34,740 nucleotides of DNA from Gemmiger formicilis (GTDB lineage: Bacteria > Bacteroidota > Bacteroidia > Bacteroidales > Bacteroidaceae), in assembly GCA_963586965.1 (NCBI GenBank), contig CAVABU010000005.1, positions 1 to 34,740 of the forward strand, written 5' to 3'. Below the pieces are notes generated by a model that saw nothing but the letters and a program-made list of their open reading frames with translations, did not search any database and was not told the origin of the DNA. Positions 30,408 to 34,740 of the stretch are shown in pieces. Position 1 is the first letter of the stretch. Every line of letters starts with the position of its first letter. The position numbers and the translations under genes were made by a program.

Positions 30408-30497
30408 CGACACCATCGCCTACCTGGCGATGGTGTCGTTGCTCTTATAACGAAAAAGAGGGTGTGCCACAATTCATTGCTTGGCACACCCTCTTTT
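30408..30497. terminator. Two tandem hairpins; the second is a bidirectional terminator between ackA and tRNA-Pro
   Basis: 13-bp IR 30408-30420 / 30426-30438; 16-bp IR AAAAGAGGGTGTGCCA (30454-30469) / TGGCACACCCTCTTTT (30482-30497). Confidence 0.8.
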
Positions 30498-30502
30498 GCT
30501 TT

Positions 30503-30578
30503 TGGTCGGGGTGAGGCGACTCGAACGCCCGACCCCTACGTCCCGAACGTAGTGCGCTACCAACTGCGCTACACCCCG
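30503..30578 (-). tRNA. tRNA-Pro (anticodon CGG), CCA encoded
   Basis: CGGGGTG TAGCGCAGTTGGTAGCGC A CTACG-TTCGGGA-CGTAG ... GTTCGAGTC ... CACCCCG ACCA; 76 nt; TAACTTTG element at 30589-30596. Confidence 0.97.
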
Positions 30579-30642
30579 AAAGCAGATGCAAAGTTACAAC
30601 AAAAGCCTTAAACGAGCAAATAATGCATGAGAGTTTTTTATA

Positions 30643-30797
30643 GTAGGCGAAGCGTCCTCGCTTTGCCCTTTAGGAGGTACGGCGCCCTCGGCGTACTTCG
30701 CTAAGTTGAGAAATTCTCCTTGCTATGGTACGGCGAGGGCGCCGTACCTCCTATGGCTTACGCCCATGCTCGGTTGCAGCGAGGACGCTGCAACTAC
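30643..30797. repeat. Nested inverted cluster of four GTAG/GGAG-type REP-like palindromes
   Basis: Units 30643-30666 (+), 30673-30696 (+), 30728-30751 (-), 30774-30797 (-); perfect 20-bp IR 30671-30690 / 30734-30753 and 12-bp IR 30651-30662 / 30778-30789. Confidence 0.85.
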
Positions 30798-30821
30798 TAT
30801 ACGTCACCATTATTGGCAGAA

Positions 30822-30882
30822 TAAAAAAAAGAAAAGTGCCTTGGAGCACTTGCACTCTTTACGCAAGCATCCCAAGGCACTT
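30822..30882 (-). terminator. Intrinsic terminator for the 30938-31480 gene
   Basis: AAGTGCCTTGG (30834-30844) / CCAAGGCACTT (30872-30882) followed by a long T run on the minus strand. Confidence 0.65.
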
Positions 30883-30937
30883 CAAAAAAGAAAACCAATC
30901 TACCTTTTTCAGGCAATCAAAACTAACTTACTAACAT

Positions 30938-31480
30938 TTATCTAACAATATACTTCTTGCCATTGTGTATATACACGCCGTGCTGTGGTTTCTCTGCGAG
31001 ACGCACACCATTTATTGTGTAATAACCTGTAGCACCATCCTTCACAGTCACCACTTCACTGATGCCGTCAGCCACGCCCTCACGTACTATCTGCACACTC
31101 TCGATGGTGAGTTGCTTTCCCTGCACGAAGAGTTTGTCAGCCACAATATTTGCCAGCATCTCGTCCGAGAGTTGCAGTTCCACATATTTATTCTCTGAGG
31201 TGACATCCATGCAAGGCAGGATGTTATACCATGAAGGCACATTGGCACACAACTGTATCTGCGCCCCTTCCTCCGTCACCGTGTAGTTTACTCTGATATA
31301 GTCGCCAGACTTTGCGCCAACCTTTGTAAACAAGTCACCTGCCACCTCTATAGTGTTATCCCAATTGCCAATAGTCTGCGGAGAGTCCATGACAGTTGCC
31401 ACTACAGTTTTTGCGTCATTTGCTGCTGACATAGAGATGCAGAGCAGCATGAGAATCATTGAAGTAAAAAGTTTTTTCAT
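30938..31480 (-). CDS. Small secreted protein: putative carbohydrate-binding-like domain plus Prevotella-type T9SS-like C-terminal tail
   Basis: Signal peptide; beta-rich core with Trp residues; tail GISEV...YYTINGVRL...HGVYIHNGKKYIVR; own TAACTTTG element at 31517-31524. Confidence 0.7.
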   Translation of the reverse strand: MKKLFTSMILMLLCISMSAANDAKTVVATVMDSPQTIGNWDNTIEVAGDLFTKVGAKSGDYIRVNYTVTEEGAQIQLCANVPSWYNILPCMDVTSENKYVELQLSDEMLANIVADKLFVQGKQLTIESVQIVREGVADGISEVVTVKDGATGYYTINGVRLAEKPQHGVYIHNGKKYIVR

Positions 31481-31549
31481 AATTGCATTGATTTTTTAGT
31501 TATTAGTATCTGAGTGCAAAGTTACTGCATATCAGACGTGCTCATAACC

Positions 31550-32767
31550 TCAATCTTTGCAGTTAATGACACTATTCTGCCTTTCTATAATTTCCAGACA
31601 CATGCGAGTGTTGTGATACGGACACTTCCAGAATCCTGCATGGTCATCCTTCAGATTAGGTTTACCTTCGGGCGATACGCTCCAGTACCACTCGCCATGC
31701 TGCGTGTCCACGAGATACTGTTTGATGTAGTCATAGCATTTGAGTGCCCGCTCCATATAGGCGCGACTCTCTTCTCCTTTAGTATGCATGGCCATATTCA
31801 TCTCGCCAATCACGCATTCGCACTGCACCCACCAGTCACGCTCCGAGGTGGTGTGGCCGTCACTTTTCCAGCGCTCACCCGTCATAGATCCGTCGCTATT
31901 GAGTCCTTCCTCCGAAGCATCGGCGATGCGCTTCACTATCGGAGCGAGTCGTGCCGAGAGCGTGGCATTGCCTATCACGTCGGCAGTCTCGTCAAGAAGC
32001 CATGATGCCTCTATGTCATGACCGAAACTCTCTATGTCGCGTCGTCCCTGCCAGTCGGTAGTAAAGAAGAGGTCAAGGTGACCAGTCTCAGGATTAAGCA
32101 ACTTGTCTGTAAACACGTCCACGAGGTGCAAAATCTGATGATGCAGTCCTTCATCCTTCCACACGCGATAGAGATTAGTGTAGGGTTCGATGACGTGCAA
32201 GTGCGTATTCATCGTCTTGTCGCAGTTTTCATCTTTATCACTAAGGCGCATATCACCGATGGGTTGCCAATCGCGTGTCAAAGCCTCATGGTAACCACCA
32301 TTGACTGGATCAAAGGCATGAGCCTCAAGATGACGGTAGAGATCGATGGCAGTCTGCAGGGACTGCACGTCACCAGTGGCACGGGCATACTCCGAAAAAC
32401 CATAGATGGCAAAACCTATGGCGTAAGTTTGCTTCTTTGTATCGAGAGGATTACCATCAGCATCCACCGACCAGTAGACACCACCATACTCCTGGTCTAT
32501 GAAATGCTGGAGCATATAGTCACGTGCCCATGTCGCCATGTCGAGATATTCCTTGCGATGGAGCACCCTATAGGCAGCGGCAAACGACCACAAGATGCGA
32601 GCATTAAGGATGGCACCACGCGGAGCATCCTCATGCAGATGTCCCTCGCCATCCTGTCTACCATAGAAGCCACCGCGATGAGTATCCTTCATCGCGGTGA
32701 TCCAGAATGGCAGTATGTTGTCTTCGAGCAGACGTCGTGCGTCTGCTACAAATTCTTGGTTATCCAT
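31550..32767 (-). CDS. AGE family epimerase (cellobiose/mannobiose 2-epimerase)
   Basis: NILPFW, LNARILWSF, MNTHLH, SFGHDIEASWL, WWVQCE, WKCPYHN. Confidence 0.93.
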   Translation of the reverse strand: MDNQEFVADARRLLEDNILPFWITAMKDTHRGGFYGRQDGEGHLHEDAPRGAILNARILWSFAAAYRVLHRKEYLDMATWARDYMLQHFIDQEYGGVYWSVDADGNPLDTKKQTYAIGFAIYGFSEYARATGDVQSLQTAIDLYRHLEAHAFDPVNGGYHEALTRDWQPIGDMRLSDKDENCDKTMNTHLHVIEPYTNLYRVWKDEGLHHQILHLVDVFTDKLLNPETGHLDLFFTTDWQGRRDIESFGHDIEASWLLDETADVIGNATLSARLAPIVKRIADASEEGLNSDGSMTGERWKSDGHTTSERDWWVQCECVIGEMNMAMHTKGEESRAYMERALKCYDYIKQYLVDTQHGEWYWSVSPEGKPNLKDDHAGFWKCPYHNTRMCLEIIERQNSVINCKD

Positions 32768-33930
32768 TATTTATTGCGATTCTTTTCTATAAGATGCATT
32801 ATATTCTTCACTGATGTTTCTGAGCGATATCCGTCCTCAGGAGTATTCATGCAGTAGTCCACGAGACGGTCTATGGTGCTGGTGGCAACGTGCATGCGAG
32901 TGTCAGATGATGCATAGTAGATGTACACCTTGCCGTCAGGTGTGGCTATCCATCCATTGGAGAACACCACATTCATCACATCGCCGATATACTCCTCACC
33001 CTGAGGCACGAGGAAGAATCCACCAGGATTGGCAATGACCTTTGTAGGATCCTCCAGAGATGTCATATACATATACAATACATAGCGCAGTCCGCAGGCA
33101 GTATTGCGCACGCCATGTGCGAGATGTAGCCATCCACGGTCGGTCTTTATAGGAGCAGGACCTTCACCATTTTTCACCTCGGTGATGGTGTGGTAGTGAC
33201 GCTCATTGATGATGATTTCGTCCTTCACCTCGGCATTGGTGATGTCATCTACAAGAGCCCAACCGATGCCACCGCCCGAACCAGTATCAATAAATCCATC
33301 TTGCGGACGAGTATAGAAGGCATACTTGCCATTGACAAACTCAGGATGTAGCACCACATTACGCTGCTGGCTACGTGTCTTCAAGTCAGGCAGACGCTCC
33401 CAAGTCTTAAGGTCTTTGGTGCGTGCTATGGCAGCAGTGGCAGTGGCAGCAGACAGGTCGCCAGGCTGATTATCGTCGTGACGCTCAGCACAGAATACTC
33501 CATATATCCATCCGTCCTCGTGCTGAGTGAGTCGCATGTCATAGACATTGGTGGCAGGGATAGTGTCCTCTGGCATGATGACTGGTTCTGGCCAAAAGCG
33601 GAAGTTGTCCACACCATTGTCGCTCTCAGCCACGGCAAAGAAAGACTTGCGGTCTGCGCCCTCCACACGCACCACGAGAAGGAATTTGCCATTCATATAG
33701 ATAGCACCCGAATTGAGTGTGGCATTCATCATGATGCGCTCCATGAGATATGGATTGGATGCCTCATTAAAGTCATAGCGCCATTCCAGCGGAGTATGTT
33801 CGGCAGTCAGGATGGGATTCTCGTAACGCTCGTAGATACCATTGGTAGGCTTTACGGGGTTGTTCTTTTTAGTGAGCAACGCCTCGTGTGCGCTGCGAAT
33901 CTCTTGTTCTCTTGTCTTGAAATCGTTCAT
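32767..33930 (-). CDS. 4-O-beta-D-mannosyl-D-glucose phosphorylase (GH130)
   Basis: [47 protein letters not shown]; start set at ATG 33930 (MNDFKTRE). Confidence 0.92.
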   Translation of the reverse strand: MNDFKTREQEIRSAHEALLTKKNNPVKPTNGIYERYENPILTAEHTPLEWRYDFNEASNPYLMERIMMNATLNSGAIYMNGKFLLVVRVEGADRKSFFAVAESDNGVDNFRFWPEPVIMPEDTIPATNVYDMRLTQHEDGWIYGVFCAERHDDNQPGDLSAATATAAIARTKDLKTWERLPDLKTRSQQRNVVLHPEFVNGKYAFYTRPQDGFIDTGSGGGIGWALVDDITNAEVKDEIIINERHYHTITEVKNGEGPAPIKTDRGWLHLAHGVRNTACGLRYVLYMYMTSLEDPTKVIANPGGFFLVPQGEEYIGDVMNVVFSNGWIATPDGKVYIYYASSDTRMHVATSTIDRLVDYCMNTPEDGYRSETSVKNIMHLIEKNRNK

Positions 33931-33987
33931 AATAGAAATTGTGTTGTATAGTATAGTCACCACGTGAAGGTGGCGCATTGCATCATA

Positions 33988-34740
33988 TTATTTTGCTATG
34001 TCCTTCACAAAGAGTGTCATCTTGTTGGCATAGAAATTGCAGAAGTCTTCTGCAGACACCTTACCAGGTGCTGCGATGTAGTTTTCCTCTGGTTTGTCCC
34101 AGGCATTGCGCCAAAATAGCACATAGCAGAGAGGATACTCCTTGAGTAGAGGCAGTATGACCTGAGTAAACCATGTAGCGTCAGGCACATCATTAAATCC
34201 TGTCTCAGTGAAGGCGATGAGTTTGCGATGCTTCTCGCCTACCTGCTTCACCACATCGAGTTCGGAGCGTACCCACTGCTGATATTGAGCATTATTTGGC
34301 TCACGCTGATAGATATCTATGCCAAGCAGATCCACCACGTCATCTCCAGGATAAAACTTCTCATAGTGCTCCACTGTCTCCGTCTGATCGGCAAGGTTGG
34401 GCGAATATGCCCACACGATGTTGCTACCACCGCGATGCATCATGTATTTATATGTGTAGCGGTAGAGTTGTTTATATTGGTCTACCGTGCAACGGGTGTC
34501 ACCCCACCAAAACCATGCCCCGCTCATCTCATGCCATGGGCGGAAAATGACAGGAATGAGTTGTCCGTCTGCCGTGCGCAGCGAGGCGATGAAGTCTGAC
34601 ACTGTCTTGAGCCATGAGTCAAACTTACTATGGAGCGCTCCGCCAGGCAATATCTTGCTCACTGCATCACCCGTCGGGTCCCATGCATTATTGCCCGTGA
34701 CAGGATTGTTGGGATGCCAACTGAGAGTGATAATGCCACC
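33988..34740 (-). CDS. GH26 beta-mannanase, 3' part (5' end outside the window)
   Basis: Frame open to the window edge (GGIITLSWHPNNP...); FRPWHE acid/base, WFWWG, YPGDDVVD, FTETG nucleophile. Confidence 0.93.
   Translation of the reverse strand, partial: GGIITLSWHPNNPVTGNNAWDPTGDAVSKILPGGALHSKFDSWLKTVSDFIASLRTADGQLIPVIFRPWHEMSGAWFWWGDTRCTVDQYKQLYRYTYKYMMHRGGSNIVWAYSPNLADQTETVEHYEKFYPGDDVVDLLGIDIYQREPNNAQYQQWVRSELDVVKQVGEKHRKLIAFTETGFNDVPDATWFTQVILPLLKEYPLCYVLFWRNAWDKPEENYIAAPGKVSAEDFCNFYANKMTLFVKDIAK

Noticed and set aside
30503..30578. tRNA-Pro as an integration site for an island
   Set aside because: No integrase and no duplicated tRNA 3' end seen in the window.
30405..30611. 68-aa ORF
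   Set aside because: Antisense to tRNA-Pro and spans terminator hairpins.
30706..30945. Two short plus-strand ORFs (79 and 69 aa)
   Set aside because: They overlap REP-like palindromes and a terminator and show no protein-like features.
32018..32857. 279-aa antisense ORF and the many other shadow ORFs
   Set aside because: They lie opposite or within well-supported genes, have no recognisable motifs, and are expected from codon bias.

Overview
Core-genome window from a Bacteroidota organism, most likely Prevotella-like (TAnnTTTG -7 promoters, no tuf after fusA, Prevotella-style secretion tail). In order: the str/S10 ribosomal operon (rpsL-rpsG-fusA-rpsJ-rplC-rplD-rplW-rplB start, minus strand); a GH92 alpha-mannosidase; an ACT + DUF711 pair; an arginine operon (argR, GNAT, argG, argC, argD, argF'); NigD-like lipoprotein, acyltransferase, ddl, rluD, PASTA protein and rpmH; efp, GT2, radC, DUF59 and lpxH; murF; folP, cdaA, pta and ackA; tRNA-Pro(CGG); a small secreted protein; and the end of a beta-mannan operon (GH26, GH130, 2-epimerase). 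The most striking item is a low-GC DUF559 endonuclease gene between argG and argC. It is bracketed by two copies of a C/G-rich palindrome, and the right copy is translated as the new N-terminus of ArgC, which suggests a nuclease-plus-palindrome mobile cassette. The intergenic DNA also holds two REP/REPIN-like palindrome systems, a hairpin family seen in both 'empty' and 'filled' forms, and two unrelated palindrome arrays with 22-bp period. All calls come from reading the sequence; no searches were run.
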